Shown piece by piece: positions 40,533 to 55,354 of a stretch of DNA of 64,000 nucleotides. The stretch comes from the human T2T-CHM13v2.0 reference genome, Homo sapiens, in the NCBI RefSeq assembly GCF_009914755.1, contig NC_060945.1. One strand, given 5' to 3'. How positions within the stretch are numbered: position 1 is the first letter of the stretch; each line of letters begins with the position of its first letter. The notes beneath the pieces are model-generated. The model did not search any database. It worked only from the letters and a program-made list of their open reading frames with translations, and had not been told where the DNA came from. Position numbers and translations under genes: made by a program.

Positions 40533-42289
40533 ATTATAATAATCATAACTCTGTCCTTGACAGGTAACTAAAAGAGTTTTTTTTACTGCCAAACTGGTCT
40601 GGTTATCATATTCATGAAGTGATGATGGAGTGAATAAAGGATGAAAATTCACCTTTGACTATTCTGAGGCATATATAAAAGTCAAAAAATACTTGATAAT
40701 TTTTCATTAGGATTCCCATTGTAAAAATCAAGAATAGATTAATAGCTCTATAGATTATATAATTACCTAGAAATTGCATTAATCTGGTACATTTATTTTC
40801 TCATTCTAAAACCATACATCTTACCACTTAATATCCCCTCTCCATTCTTTTTTCCCCTGCTAAAAATCTAATGAGATCAAATCATACTTGAGGGAGACAC
40901 TGCTAATTCTATTCTCTAAAGGTGAAACAGACATGAAATTGCATTTTAGCAATTTTAGTATGTTCTTATGTATGGTCAGGGAAATCGACTTGAATGATTT
41001 CTGAATATAAACAGTTTAAATTACAATCAAATTTTCATTTAACAAGCAGGTAAATTAATGACACACATAAACCTCATTTAAGATATAATTTATTTCCTCT
41101 GGTTTATTAAATTTTGATGAGTGTTATATAACTATATCATTATATATAAATAATTACAAAAGTATATAATTAAGAGAAATTTCTCTTATTTTAATATGCA
41201 CTCTATTTAATGGAGCTAAAACAATAGCTAAATAGTAAGCAAGAGAAAGGAAAAGAAAAATGGAGTTCCAAATCTCTGAAACTGTATAGAAAATTGGCAT
41301 GTGTAAAATTTGGACTGACAGTCATAAACTTTTATCCTCCAACCTAATTATCTATTTTATCTCCTTAATATGTCAGCTTAAAGCAAAACTTATTATCAAT
41401 ATCAAAATTACACAATAAGTTATATGTTTTATGATTTGTGTATTGTCATAACTGATTTCAGTGATTCAAATAACAATTCTAGCTTGTATTTGTTGAAAAA
41501 TCTAAGAAGAGTTGATATGAAAATATTTTAAATATGTCTCACTTTGTATAAGTCAACTCAACTTTGATCACTGAGATGGTTATCTCATCTGATGGATACG
41601 CCCACTTAATTCATGAACTGCTATTGCCTAAAAAAATCTGAACATCTTTTACATCTGTTTTTTTTTTCTACAGGATATTTTATCCTAAAAATGAATTATA
41701 TGTGTTGAAAAGTATAAACTGACATATTTAGCAAATTAACAGAGGACCTATTATGAAAATAATGAGAGCAAGAACACAGCAGGTACAATAGTGGTAAGAT
41801 ATGAGATTCTACGAAATGGTAATCAGGCCCATGAGACAAAAGCGAATTCTAATAGGAAAGAACATTAATATTAGTGGATTTTCTAGAATCAACTAAGGCA
41901 TGTGAAATGTCATGACATATGAACAAAACAAATACATAGGATTCTTGATTAATATAACTCAATAAAAAGGAAAGTGGATATAGCATATGATTATATTATT
42001 ATTATCATCATTATTTAACTATTATTTTAGTTTCACTTACATTTCCTTAAGTTTTCAAATGAAAAAAACAAAAATGTGTTTGGGGAAAAAAGAGGTATTT
42101 TATTAGACTCCAACTGAGTAATGACGTGAAAATGCCAGCTACAGATGCTGATTCATCATAATAGCATGTTCTCCCAAATAACTATCTTATCTGCCTCTGC
42201 AATGTCATTAGACCTCCAGATAGCAGCCAAGAAAACAAGATTCTTTAAAAAAGAAATGACAACAAACCTATAGTCAATTATTTCTAAAA

Positions 42290-42550
42290 ACATCCATATG
42301 TTATACACAAACATACATATACACACATATTTATACACACACATATGTAAATATATATATATAATATTTAATACACACACTATATATGTGATATGTTTAA
42401 ATATATAATATATCCATGGCTTACAATGATTACTGTATGTATATATATATGTGTGTGTGTATATACATACACACATACTGAAATATACTATATATTATAC
42501 TATATATATTATAAATGAGATATACCATATATATTTCTCTCTATATAGAA
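42290..42550. repeat. TA/CA-rich low-complexity tract
   Basis: Seen directly. Confidence 0.85.
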
Positions 42551-44465
42551 GTATATTAGTTCATCCTCATGCTGCTACAAAGAATTGTCCAAGATTGGGT
42601 AATTTATAAAGGAAAGAAGTTTAACTGACTCACAGTTCTGCATGGCTGGGGAGGTCTCAGGAAACTTACAACCATAGCAGAAGGGGAAGCAAACACATCC
42701 TTCTTCACATGATGGCAGGAAGGCAAAGTGCCCAGCAAAAGGGGCAAAGCCACTTATAAAACCATCAGACCTCATGAGAACTCAATCACTATCATGAGAA
42801 CAGCAGCATAGGGGCAACCACCCCATGATTCAATTATCTCTCAGGCCCTGCTCACAACACATGGGGATTATGGAAACTACAATTCAAGCTGACATTTGGG
42901 TGAAGATACAGCCACATCGTATCATTCCTCCTCTGGCCCCTCCCAAATTTCACATTCTCACATTTCAAAACACAATCTTCCCTTTCCAAAGATCCCCCAA
43001 AGTCTGAGCTCATTCCAGCATCAGCCCAAAATTCCAAGATTTCATCTAAGACAAGGCAGGTATCTTTCACCTACGAGCCTGTAAAATCAAAAGCAAGTTA
43101 GTTACTTCAGAGATACAATGTGGGTACAGGCACTGGGTAAATACACCAGTTCCAAATGGGAGAAATTGGCCAAAACAAAGGGGCTACAGGCCCCAGGCAA
43201 GTCCAAAATCCAATAGGGCAATCATTAAAACTTCAAGTTCCAAAATGATCCCCTTTGACTCCATGTCTCACACCCATGGCACACTGATGCAAAAGGTGGG
43301 CTCCCATGGCCTTGGGCAGGTCTGATCCTGTAGCCTGGTAGGGTAAAGCCTCGCTTCCTGGCTGCTTTCATAGGCTGGCGTTCAGCATTTGTAAGCTGTT
43401 GGTAGATCCACCATTCTGGGGGTCTTGAGGATGATGGCCTTCTTCTCACATATCCACTAGGCAGTGCCCCAGTGGGGACTCTGTTTGGGGGCTCCAACCC
43501 ACATTTCCCTTCTGAACTGGCCTAGCAGAGGTTCCCCATGAGGGATTTGCCCCTGAAGTAAACTTCTGCCTGGACATCCAGGCATTTCCATACATCCTCT
43601 GAAAATATAGGCAGAGGTTTCCAAACCTCAATTCTTGTCTTCTGTTCACCCACAGGCCCAACACCATGTGGAAGCTGCCAAGGCTTGGGACTTGCACCCT
43701 CTGAAGCAATAGCCTGAGTTGTACATTGGACCATTTTAGCTGCAGCTGGATCAGCTGTGGTGCAGGGCACCAAGTCCCAAGGCTGTATACAGCAGAGTGA
43801 CCCTAAACCTGGCCCAGCAAACCATGTTTCCCTCCTGGACTTGCGGGCCTATGTTGAGAGAGGCTGTTGTGAAGGTCTGTGACATGCCCTGGAGACATTT
43901 TCCCCATTGTTTTGATGACTAACATTTGGGTCCTCACTACTTATGCAAATTTCTGCAGCCGGCTTGAATTTCTCCCCAGAAAATTGGGTTTTCTTTTTTT
44001 ATCACATAATCAGGCTGCAAACTTTCCAAACTTTTATGCTTTGCTTCCTCTTGAATGCGTCTCACTTAGAAATTTATTTCGCCAAATATCCTAAATCATC
44101 TCTCTCAAGTTCAAAGATCTACTGATATCCAGCGTGGGCAAAATGCTTCCAGTCTCTTTGCACATAGCAAAAGTAACTTTTACTCCAGTTCCCCAAAAGT
44201 TCCTCATCTCCTTCTGAGACCATATCAGCCTGGACACCATGGTCCATATCATTTTGATCAAACTATTCAACAAGTCTCTGTGAAGTTGCAAACTTTCCCA
44301 CATTTTCCTGACTTCTGAGCCCTCCAAAATGTTCCAACCTCTGCCTGTTACCCAGTTCCAAAGTTAGTTCCACATTTTTGAGTGTCTTCACAGCAGTGCC
44401 CCACTCTCTGTGGTACCAATTTACTGTATTAGTTTGTTCTCAAGCTGCTATAGAAAACTGCTCGA

Positions 44466-44743
44466 GTCCAGGCACAGTGGCTCATGCCTATAATCCCAGC
44501 ATTTTGGGAGGCCAAGGCAGATCACTTGAGGTCAGGAATTTGGAACCAGCCTGGCCGACGTAGCAAAACCCTGTCTCTGCTAAACACACAAAAATTAGCC
44601 TGGTGTGGTCATGCAGATGTGTAATCCCAGCTGCTCAGGAGGCTAAGGCAAGAGAATCACTTGAATTTGGGAGACAGAGGTTGCAATGAGCCGAGATTGC
44701 ACCACTGCACTACAGCCTGGGGTGACAGGGCAAGACTCCGTCT

Positions 44744-44776
<33 letters not shown>
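44466..44776 (+). mobile_element. AluS inserted in the THE1D LTR
   Basis: Full Alu with about 32 A; TSD agaaaactgctcga / aaagaactgcccga. Confidence 0.95.
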
Positions 44777-44782
<6 letters not shown>

Positions 44783-44800
44783 CCCGAGACTGAGACTGGA

Positions 44801-47063
44801 TATATTAGTCCATTTTCTGTTGATAAAGAAATATCTGAGATGGGGCAATTTAAAAAAGAAAGAGGTTTAATAGACTCACAGTTCCACATGGGTGGGGAAG
44901 CCTCACAATCATGGTGGAAGGTGAAAGGCAAGTCTCACGTGGTGGCAGACAAGAGAAGAGAGATTGTGCAAAGAAACTCTCCTTTTTTAAAACCATCAGA
45001 TCTCATGAGACTTATTCACTATCATGAGAAAAGCAGAGAAAGACCTGCCCCCATAATTCAATTACCTCCTAATGGGTTCCTCCCACAATATGTGGGAATT
45101 CAAGATGAGATTTTGTTGGGGAAACAGCCAAACCAAATGATCTGCCCCTGGCCACTCCAAAATCTCATGTCCTCACATTTCAAAATGAATTATGCCTTCC
45201 CAACAGTCCCCCAAAGTCTAACTCATTTCAGCATTAACAGAAAAGTCCACAGTCCAAAGTCTCATCTGAGACAAGTCAAGTCCCTTGCAGCTATCAGCTT
45301 GTAAAATCAAAAGCAAGTTAGCTACTTCCTAGATATAATGAGAGTAGAGGCATTGGGTAAGTACTGCCATTTGAAAGGGTAGAAATTGGCCAAAACAAAG
45401 GGGTTATAGGCCTCATGCAGGTTCGAAATCCAGAGGGGCAGTCACATATTAAAACTCCAAAATGATCTCCTTTGACTCCATGTCTCACATCCAGGTCACG
45501 CTGATGCAAGAGGTGGGTTCCCATGTTCTGGCACAACTCCACCCCTGTGACTTTGTAGGGTACAGCCTTCCTCTCAGCTGCCTTCACAGGCTGGCACTGA
45601 GCATCTGTAGCTTTTACAGGCACAGGTTGGAAGCTGTCAGTGGACCTGCCATTCTGGGGTCTGGAGGACAGTGGACCTCTTCTTACAGCTCCAGTAGGTG
45701 GTGCCCCAGTAGGGACTCTGTGTGGGGGCTCTGACCCTACATTTCCCTTCTGCACTGCCCTGGCAGAGGTTCTCCATGAGGGCCCCACCCCTGCAGCAAA
45801 CTTACACCTGGGTATCCAGACGTTTCCATACAACTTCTGAAATCTAGGCGGAGGTTCCCAAATGCCAATTCTTGACCTCTCTGCACTGGCAGACTCAACA
45901 CCACATGGAAGCTACCAAGGTTTGGGGCTTGCACTCTCTGAAACCATGAGCCAAGCTCTACACTGATCCCTTTCAGCCATGACTGGAGTAGCTGGGACAC
46001 AGGGCACAAAGTACCTAGACTGCACACAGCACAAAGACCCTGGGCCTGTCCCAGAAAACCACTTTTTCCTCATAGGCCTCCTGGCCTGTGATGAGAGGGG
46101 CTGCCATGAAGACTTGTGAGATGCCCTGGAGACATTTTCCCCATCGTCTTGGGGATTTACATTCTGCTCCTCATTGCTTATGCAAATGTCTGCAACTGGT
46201 TTGAATTTCTCCTCAGAAAATGGGATATTCTTTTCTATTGCAATGTCAGGCTGCAAATTTTCAGAACTTTATGCTCTGCTTTCCTTATAAAACTGAATGC
46301 CTTTAACAGCACCCAAGTCACCTGTTGAATAGTTTGCTGCTTAGAAATGTCTTCCACCAGATACCCTAAGCTATCTCTCTCAAGTTCAAGTTCCACAAAT
46401 CTCTAGGACAAAGGCAAAATGCCACCAGTCTCTTTGCTAAAACATAACAAGAATCACCTTTGCTCCAATTCCCAACAAGTTCCCCCTCTCCGTCTAAGAC
46501 CACCTCAGCCTGGATTTCATTGTCCATATCATTATCAGAATTTTGGTCAAAGCCATTCAACGACTTAAGTCTCTAGGGAGTTCCAAACTTTCCCACATTT
46601 TCCTGTCTTCTTCTGAGCCCTCAAACTGTTCCAACCTCTGCCTATTACCCAGTTCCAAAGTCACATCCACTTTTTTGGGTATCTTTATAGAGTGCCCCAC
46701 TCCCAGTACCAACTTACTGTATTAGTCCATTTTCACACTGCTGATAAAGACATACCTGAGACTGGGCAATTAAAGAAAAAAAAAAGAAGTTTAATTGACT
46801 TACAGTTCCGCATAGCTAGGGAGGCCTCACAATCTTGGCAGAAGGTAAAACACACGTCTAACATGGAGGCAGACAAGAGAAGAGAGCTACTGCAGAGAAG
46901 CTCCCCTTTTTTAAAAACCAGCAGATCTCATGAGACTTATTCACTATCACGAGAACAGCAGGGAAAGACCTTCCCCATGATTCAACTACCTCCCACTGGT
47001 CCCTCCCAAAACACGTGGGAATTCAAGATGAGATTTTGGTGGGGACACAGCCAAACCATAACA
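44801..47063 (-). mobile_element. Full-length THE1A/B-like provirus (inner)
   Basis: LTRs 44801-45140 and 46718-47063; internal 45141-46717 with decayed MaLR ORF (NGFDQNSDNDMDNEIQAEVV...); flanks CTGGA / CTGTG both derive from host CTGGG. Confidence 0.9.
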
Positions 47064-48767
47064 CTGTGTAATTTAGAAAGGAAAGAGGTTTAATTGACTT
47101 ATAGTCCTGTATGGCTGGGGAGGCTTCAGAAAACTTATAATCATGGCAGAAGGGGAAGCAAACACGTCCTTCTTCATATAATGGCAGGAATGAGATGTGC
47201 CAATTAAAAGAGGAAAAGAAGTTTATAAAACCATCAGATTTCATGAGAACTCACTCACTATCATGAAAACAGCATGGAGGTAACTGCCCCTATGATTCAA
47301 TTATCTCCCACCAGGTCCCTCCCACAACATATGAGGGTTATGGGAACTACAATTCACAATGAGAGTTGGGTGGGGACACAGCCAAACCATATCAATAAGT
47401 ATATATAACATATATATGTATTTTTTGTTTGCTTGTTTGAATCACTAGTTATATGTTCAATGCAAACATTTTAAAAGAAGAGCTGCACACTGGAAAAAAA
47501 AAATACCCCTGAAAATATTTAATGTAAATAAGTCCTTGAGATGGTGCTTTTTACAAAAGTTTATCAGCAAATGCCCTTTTTTTGTAGGGGACAGGGCAGC
47601 AGGAGAATAGGGACAGGATATCAGACAACTGATTTTTACTGCAATAAGAGCAACAAGGAATCTCACCGTCACATGCCATCTACTTTATGTAAAAACCAAT
47701 CCAGCAGAACGAGCAACAGTCACCCTCAGGAGGTGATTTAGCCCCAAGTACCCAGAGAACAGCCTCAGGCCACGACTTCTGTGCTGCTTCACTGTGCCCA
47801 GAACCATCTGCCAAGACCAGGAATTCATCTTTGGAGTATAACTTGTTTTCTCTCTTTTTTTCACGTCTCAAAAAATAAAAAAAGCTTCATAATACAGCCG
47901 AAGGGTTACCATGTGTCTAAAAGGAGGACAGGTTCCCATAAACAATGTTGTCAGCTTGAGTGGGGGTAAACACAGAAAGGAACACCATAAATTAAAGCAG
48001 ACCCTGACTCTTCAGAGGCTCTGCGGTGATGTCTGGGGGCCAAATCTGCCAGTGGCTGCATTTCCAGCACTAGCATAGTGTTGAGGACTATGAGGAAATA
48101 TATATATATTTCTAGTAGTCATTCTAAACCATGACAAATTTGATTGTCATAATGATAAGATGATGACAGTTGGTACCTGCTAATGGTATTTAATACCTGG
48201 GATCTCAAGATAGCTAAGCATCCTGCAACAGTACCACAGTCTCACAAAACACCTGTAGCCCCCTGGTAATTAAAAAAAAAAAGTGAGGCATAAGTTTTTT
48301 TCTTTGATTACTTTAAATAGATCTGATCAAATAGGGAGTCTGATACTGAAAATGACCCCTGCCCCCTTATTCCCTTGTTACATTCAAATTTGTGATGAAT
48401 TTCTTTACCAAAGGCTAGGAAGTAAAGAGTGAGTGATAAATCAGATATTAGTTGATATTGAGGATAAGAAGCAAAGGTTATTCTGCTATCATTTGCAATA
48501 TTGCCTGGCATTCTGGTGATGGAAACCAGGGAAACAGCAAAGATCCAATGGCTAAAGGATCATATCAAGAAAAGAAGACCAGTGCGGTGTTAGTGCCTTG
48601 TTCTTTTCGTCATTTTAAGACAGCATCACTGTTACTATTTAATTGAAAACTTGGAAATGTTACAAATCTTAAAAGTGTTATGAAGTATAACATCTATGCA
48701 GAGTGAAAATGTTGCTGATCAGTCTCAGAAGTTTTATCTGTGTGATTTTTAAAAATCACGTTTTTCT

Positions 48768-49093
<326 letters not shown>

Positions 49094-51135
49094 AAATCAT
49101 GTTTTTCTGACTGTCTACTCCCTTGTTGCTACTTTACTTATTCTGGTCCACCCAGCAGAACTGCTTTCAAAGGTTGTTGAGAACTGAATGAAGGCAAATA
49201 TAAGTGGTGCATGCTGTGTAAATCTCCTCTACACCTCACCTTTATAGAATAGAGGTGTTAACTGACATGTACCTGTGTGATGTTTTGCTTATTCCTATTA
49301 CAAAACAGAAACATATATTTATAGAAAAATGAGAGATTAACATCTTTAAAAACTGTAAAACCAGTCATACCCATACAGAAAGCTCTTTTGTCTTTAGGCT
49401 ATTGACTCGGTACACATGTTGGCATATGACCCAGTGAATTTGAATCTCCACTCTTCCAAATACCCAGTTGAGCTTTGCTTAGCCATCTACCCAAGATAAG
49501 TTGCTCTGAGATCACATATAACTCCTTAACACTTAGCAATAAGAAATTTCTACTAATTGTATTGATTTCTGTATATAGAAAGCCTACTATTTCTATAGTC
49601 ATTCAAATATTTTTACTCCATTCTGCAAAACCAAACAGTTATAACTTTATTCAAATCATGTGAACAAGATTGAATTGGGTCATTTAGGAGCTAACTATCA
49701 ACATCAGCACTTGTTAAAGACTAACTTTAGTTCTGAAGTAGAGGAAAATTTAACAAGCACTTCTGTTTTTTCATGCTAAGCTTAGGGCTAGATACACTAC
49801 TTAAGAACAACATTCAAATTGCTTTATATTATTGGTTAATTAAAACTTAAAAAATTTAGCATTTTACCAACTTGACATAGCCATGACTTCCATTATAAGT
49901 TAGGTGAAAGTTTTTGTAGGCTAGCAAATTATAAGTTATTTAATATATAAAAGAAAGTCACATACTACATTTGATTATTTGTTGTGCTCCCACCTGCATT
50001 TCTTTCTTGTTACTTATTACTATGTAATCACAGCACTTTAATAAATATTTTCTTTATCTACTATACGATTTGAAACTGAAAAATGGAATTTCATATAAGA
50101 AGAATAAATGTATGATTTAAAAGCTGCAAAAGGGTATTTTACAAGCAATTCTAAGTTCTTAATGGTATTTATGTGGAGAATCAGAAACAAAAGTGAAGGT
50201 AGAAAATTCGGATATATTAAACTGAAACTATTTTCTTAATTATAATTGTTTTGTCCCCTGATGTAGTCTTACATTTCGAATTATATAAAATTTTATAATT
50301 TTTATTCACCAAAATATTCCTAAAAAATTAAGATATGAGTAAATTCTTATATAGGAAATATGATTCATGGGTTTGTTGCTATAAGTAATTTAAATTCTGC
50401 AAATCCTTGTGCATTTCTCTTTCACCTAATTCCACATGGAAAAAAAAATTCTTCAGACTTAAAATAGAAAATTTGGAAGACCATCAAGATTATGTTTGTA
50501 AACTGCTGACTTGTTAGCTTTTTTACCTCTTGGCATATGTCCAAATACAGCCTTATAATTAAGCAGGTCTGCCATCTTAGGTGCCACCAAAGGTGCCCCT
50601 TATTGATGGCAGTCAGATGGAATACCATCTGGTAGTAGCAATTTATTATTTGAGATATTTAATGACATGCCACATTTCATACACAGTTAAATGTATCATT
50701 CTTTAGACACTGCATTTTTATTGGGATGGTTACTTAAACAGTTAAGTGTTGACATTTTTACAGTCCCAGAAGATTATAGGTATCAAAAAAGACAAAAATG
50801 ACAAGACCCACAGAGATTTTAATTAACTTTGTAAACCTCCATTTTCATAAAAACTATGTATTACATGTTTGGTAACAATTACAGGTAACTTGTATGCAAT
50901 AAACGTTGTCAAAAGGTATAGGGTAGATTTTTTTCCTGAAAATGGTCTAAAACTGTCATCAAACCCTGTGCTGAATAAAGAACAGGAATGTTGTTGCCCC
51001 TTTGGCAAAAGGATAGTAGCTTTGGAACCTGAAAACTTTGGTTCAGATTTTCTCTCTTTCACTTAGCATGTACATGTTTTTGTCCAATGAATTTCATTCT
51101 AATGTGTAAAATGGACACACTAATTGGATAAGTTA

Positions 51136-51440
<305 letters not shown>

Positions 51441-51539
51441 ACATTAAATTAAAAGTTATATATTGAATTTTATACGTAAATCTATAAGAGAGAAATATAC
51501 ATTTTATATTTGTATATTTACATTTTATTATTATTATGC

Positions 51540-51645
51540 TTACAATGTGAACTACTTGAATAACAGGAGTAAACGTTTTCTAAATTCTCTAGCACCTAGC
51601 ATATTTCCTATTATCTAGTTGGTAATTAGTAAATGCTTATTCAAT
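51540..51645 (+). mobile_element. L2 3' fragment
   Basis: ttctctagcacctagcatatttcct...agtaaatgcttattcaat. Confidence 0.5.
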
Positions 51646-52601
51646 TTAAATAGTGTTAATCTTCTTAAACTTGGGGGTACTGAAAATTAGATTACAGATT
51701 TTGAAAAATTTTCCCTAGGTGTAGATATATAGCATAAGTAAAACACATTTACTATATTTGAATAATTTGTATAGTCTTCTTCGAAAAAGTAAAATTAAGT
51801 AGAATTTTAATAGACATATTTGTAAGCATCATTATTGTTTGCAATACCTTCCCCTTTCCCCTTAGCAAGAACATCTCGGTTGTCAGACAGTAAGCACATA
51901 GTGCTTTTTTAAAGGGGATGTTAAGTCTTAGGATAAATATAAAGCATGTTCTACAAGCATTCATTAATTAGATATTAAGTACTTGAAAATGTTTATATAT
52001 AAGTTGGTTACTTTACAGATTATATATAAATTTTTAAATTTTCGATTAGAGTACAGGGTACTGCTTATTATTTGTACTTACAGCTGGCCATATTCCTATA
52101 ATCCTCAATGTCTGTTGGGACAGTCACTCTACCACTCCTTTTGGTATTGAAGCTATTTTGAAGAAAAAAGTTTGAAAACTATTCTGATATTTTTATTACT
52201 TCCTCCAAATTAAGTTCCCTCATGTTATTATCCTATTTAGTTTTACTATGAATTTAAATTATTTTGGAGTATTCTCATGCCTTATTCACATCTACAATTT
52301 CTAGGTTTTGCTTTTGTTGTTTTCATACATCTTTTTCCAAAATCTTCTTGATGTTATTGAACCATTCTACATTTTAATCCATTTGTTAGCATGTTAATAA
52401 ACAGTATTGCTGTCAAATGGTCTTCATACTGCACAGAGGTTGTTTCTAAACATCCACGCTTCCTAACTTTAAATTTGACTGTAAATATTTCGTACTAGTT
52501 CACATTCAGAAGATATTTAAACATTTACTTATAGAAACAATGGCAAGAGATTTGTTTAAAAAAATCTTTATATGTTGCTTTGAAAGTCTTATTTGTGTTT
52601 A

Positions 52602-52642
52602 AATGTGTTTGTGTGTGTGTGTGTGTGTGTGTTGTGTATGTG
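52602..52642. repeat. (TG)n microsatellite
   Basis: Seen directly. Confidence 0.9.
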
Positions 52643-53619
52643 TTTCTGCAAAGCTGTTGTAAGCTCATTTCATTCCATTGTTTTTTTACCATTCTGGGTT
52701 AATCGTTCTTAGTATTTGCCGGATTCCCTTATTGACAAACTCATATGTTGTACTTATATATACTCTAGATTCAAAAAAGTGAATTTATTTGATTTACTTG
52801 AAAAGATTTATTATAAAAACATATAATACGTTAAATGACATTTGCTTTTCCAGAATAACAGGCTTTCTAAACAATCAGGTTTTGTGGTTACCATTAACTG
52901 GGCTCACTTTTATCATCTAATTTAATCTAATTTTGCCATCATTCCTGTCTACAATGGTAGCAAATATAAGGATTTATTCTAAGTTATTTATTCAACTTAA
53001 TATGACAACGCTTTATTTTAACCTGAAGTAACTTTAGAGTATATCCATTCTAAAGAAGGACATTTTCTTTATCTCTAATCCTTGCTCCTTTTCTCTCCAA
53101 GTTCTCCACATATAATTCAGGCTATAAAATCATGAAAATATATGCAAGTCATGTATAAAAATACTTTATCTAATTAAAAGATTGCTTTGAATTAAATAGT
53201 AATTATACTCCCGTTTTACCTATTTGTATTTAGCAGTAATTTTGCTGGTAGAGAGAGAATTCTTTTGCCTCCCGTTTTACAAACTTATAATGACATTTTA
53301 GATCATGGAGTTAAGAACAATTAGCACAAATGCAAATTCATGATACATTATACCCACTGAATATTCAGATATTAAAAGACATTTATATTTAAAAAATACT
53401 ACTATTAAACTTCTGGATATATGAGTTTTATGAACTTGTCATATCCCTGCAAGCTTTCCCTTATGACACAGTTAAGTTTGGTAAAGAAAAAAATAGAAAG
53501 TTCAATAGAAGGTCTTTAATTTATAATTTCTTACTACTTAAATATATAAATGGGTTGCAAGGGGAAGATGAAGATAATTCAGAAATAATAAATGCACAAA
53601 GTAACCATCAGCATTAGGC

Positions 53620-54059
53620 CTAATAAAATAATCTCGGGTTCCCAGAATAAAAATGCTTACAGGAGGTACTTCATGTCACTGAGGCTCAGACTTCTGAGCA
53701 AAGGATTCAATCTTCCTGCAGCCCATACCACTAAATACACATAAAGGAGGCTGGTTTACAGAATGTCAAATGATGCTGGAGGCTAGAACCAACAGTCACA
53801 GCTGGGGTAATGTGCCAATGCTGGGTAAAGTGCTTCTGAGACGGAAAAGTGCTACCGATGGGGTCACAAGAATGCCAAGAAAACAGAGAAGTCTGTCTTC
53901 CCCGTTCTACCTTCAGTTTTCTCCCTAGTGCCCTATTGATAGAATTTAATCCATGAGAAGTTGGCATAGGAATCAGAGAAATGTACTTTGTAGAGTCCAT
54001 TTGCCAGCATAACAGACCGATATACGGAAGGGTAAATTTGGAACCATAAGCCTAGCACA
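53620..54059 (-). mobile_element. LTR33-like ERVL LTR
   Basis: gagaaatgtactttgtagagtcc...ccagcataacaga...gaagggtaaatttggaac...tagcaca. Confidence 0.5.
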
Positions 54060-54142
54060 TTGCTGGTTCTGCTTTATCGGAAAGAAGTGACAAACTACAC
54101 ACAAAAAAAGAGAATGGCAAAATGATTCTAGTTCATCTATAT

Positions 54143-54751
54143 TGTAGGGGAGGAACAACAACAACAAAAAATCTCTCTCCTCCACCCTCCCAGGTTCTGC
54201 AGGTGAGGCACTGGAAAGTAAACTGACAAAAACTGGTTAACAAGAGAAAAAGAAACAGAATTGATTACCATGTAGCATTCAAACATATGGGAAAAAGTCA
54301 GTGAGGAGTAACTCAGAGAGGTGGTTAAAATCTGGGGGTATACAGCATTTTAACAAAGAACAATAAATTTGTAGAGAAGTAACAAGACAAAACAGAAAGT
54401 CTTTTAGAGGCAGCAAACTGTGAGAAGGCAGACACATGGAAGGAAACTAATACAGTAAATGATAAGAGTTATTTTAATAAGTTTTGTTACATAAACTTCT
54501 CTCTCTGTGGTATCTCTAGGTTGATAAGAATCTATTGTTGTTCCCAGTGATTAAAGGTTTAAGAGTTGCTTTCCTCTTCCTGGTATAGAAGAGAGGTACA
54601 CACACATGGAATTTATGTCTTGTTTTTTAGGCAAATAAAGGCATAAAGGGCAGAGAGTTTTTTGGTGCCTGCTATTTTTTTAATTGCCTTCAGCTAAAAA
54701 ATCTTTATGTAAAATAACCTATTTTGGAGTGGCATATTCTGATCCTCTACA
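54143..54751 (-). mobile_element. MER34-family solo LTR (ERV1)
   Basis: tgtagggg...attttggagtggcatattctgatcctctaca; perfect 4-bp TSD ATAT. Confidence 0.85.
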
Positions 54752-55296
54752 ATATTAATATATTTATTACATTCATGTATTAATTATATTAACATTACTT
54801 ACATTTTCCATCCCAATAACTTTATTTCTTTCAAACATTTTATTGTAGTGCTTATTTTAGTTTTCTACTTTTTTCTTAATATTAGGGCAAATGCACTTTA
54901 TGTGTATATTATTCAAATATGCATAGGCTCTTGCTGTATATAATAAAAATAAGGTGATAATAATATCAGTGTAGAAATCTTAACATCTCCACATCCCACA
55001 TGTTCTCATAGGAATTTAAATTTCATGCTCAGATTTCAAGGCTCCCAAAATGCTGATGAGATTCCTGTAAAGTCCTTTTCATGTATTAACATGTATTGTT
55101 CTCAGCCACTAAAAATTCTTCCCCCACTACATGGTGTCTGGCAGTCTTTGCAGCTCAAAATGCATACCAGCTACAGGCTTTTGATTGAGGTGCCACTATA
55201 ACTGGAAAACTGTTGCCAAGGGAAGGAAATAGAACATGTTCAACTCTATGTTACAGCATTTTTGAGTGCAGAGGTAGGCAGGAAAGACCAGGGGTG

Positions 55297-55309
55297 TTTG
55301 TTGTTGTTG

Positions 55310-55350
<41 letters not shown>
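55297..55350. repeat. (TTG)n(TG)n microsatellite
   Basis: Seen directly. Confidence 0.95.

Positions 55351-55354
<4 letters not shown>

Larger units (their letters stand above)
42552..47394 (-). mobile_element. Full-length THE1D-like provirus (outer)
   Basis: 3' LTR 42552-42924, internal 42925-44424, 5' LTR split into 44425-44465, about 44777-44800 and 47064-47394; flanks AGAAG / ATAAG (4/5 TSD). Confidence 0.9.

Noticed and set aside
41171-41188. Perfect 18-bp palindrome taagagaaatttctctta
   Set aside because: Roughly one such palindrome is expected by chance in 64 kb of AT-rich DNA.
45318-46560. Longer minus-strand ORFs (up to 171 aa) as a domesticated retroviral gene
   Set aside because: They are frameshifted fragments of the ordinary THE1 internal ORF, and similar fragments occur in the neighbouring copy at 43225-44327.
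47560-48070. GC-richer unique stretch as an exon or processed pseudogene
   Set aside because: No recognisable protein, poly-A or TSD, and only isolated splice-like motifs.
48742-48759. Palindrome gtgatttttaaaaatcac at an Alu target site
   Set aside because: It is centred on the normal TT/AAAA L1 endonuclease site and is plausibly chance.
50582-50598. CTCF-like gccaccaaaggtgcc
   Set aside because: It misses key positions of the core consensus.
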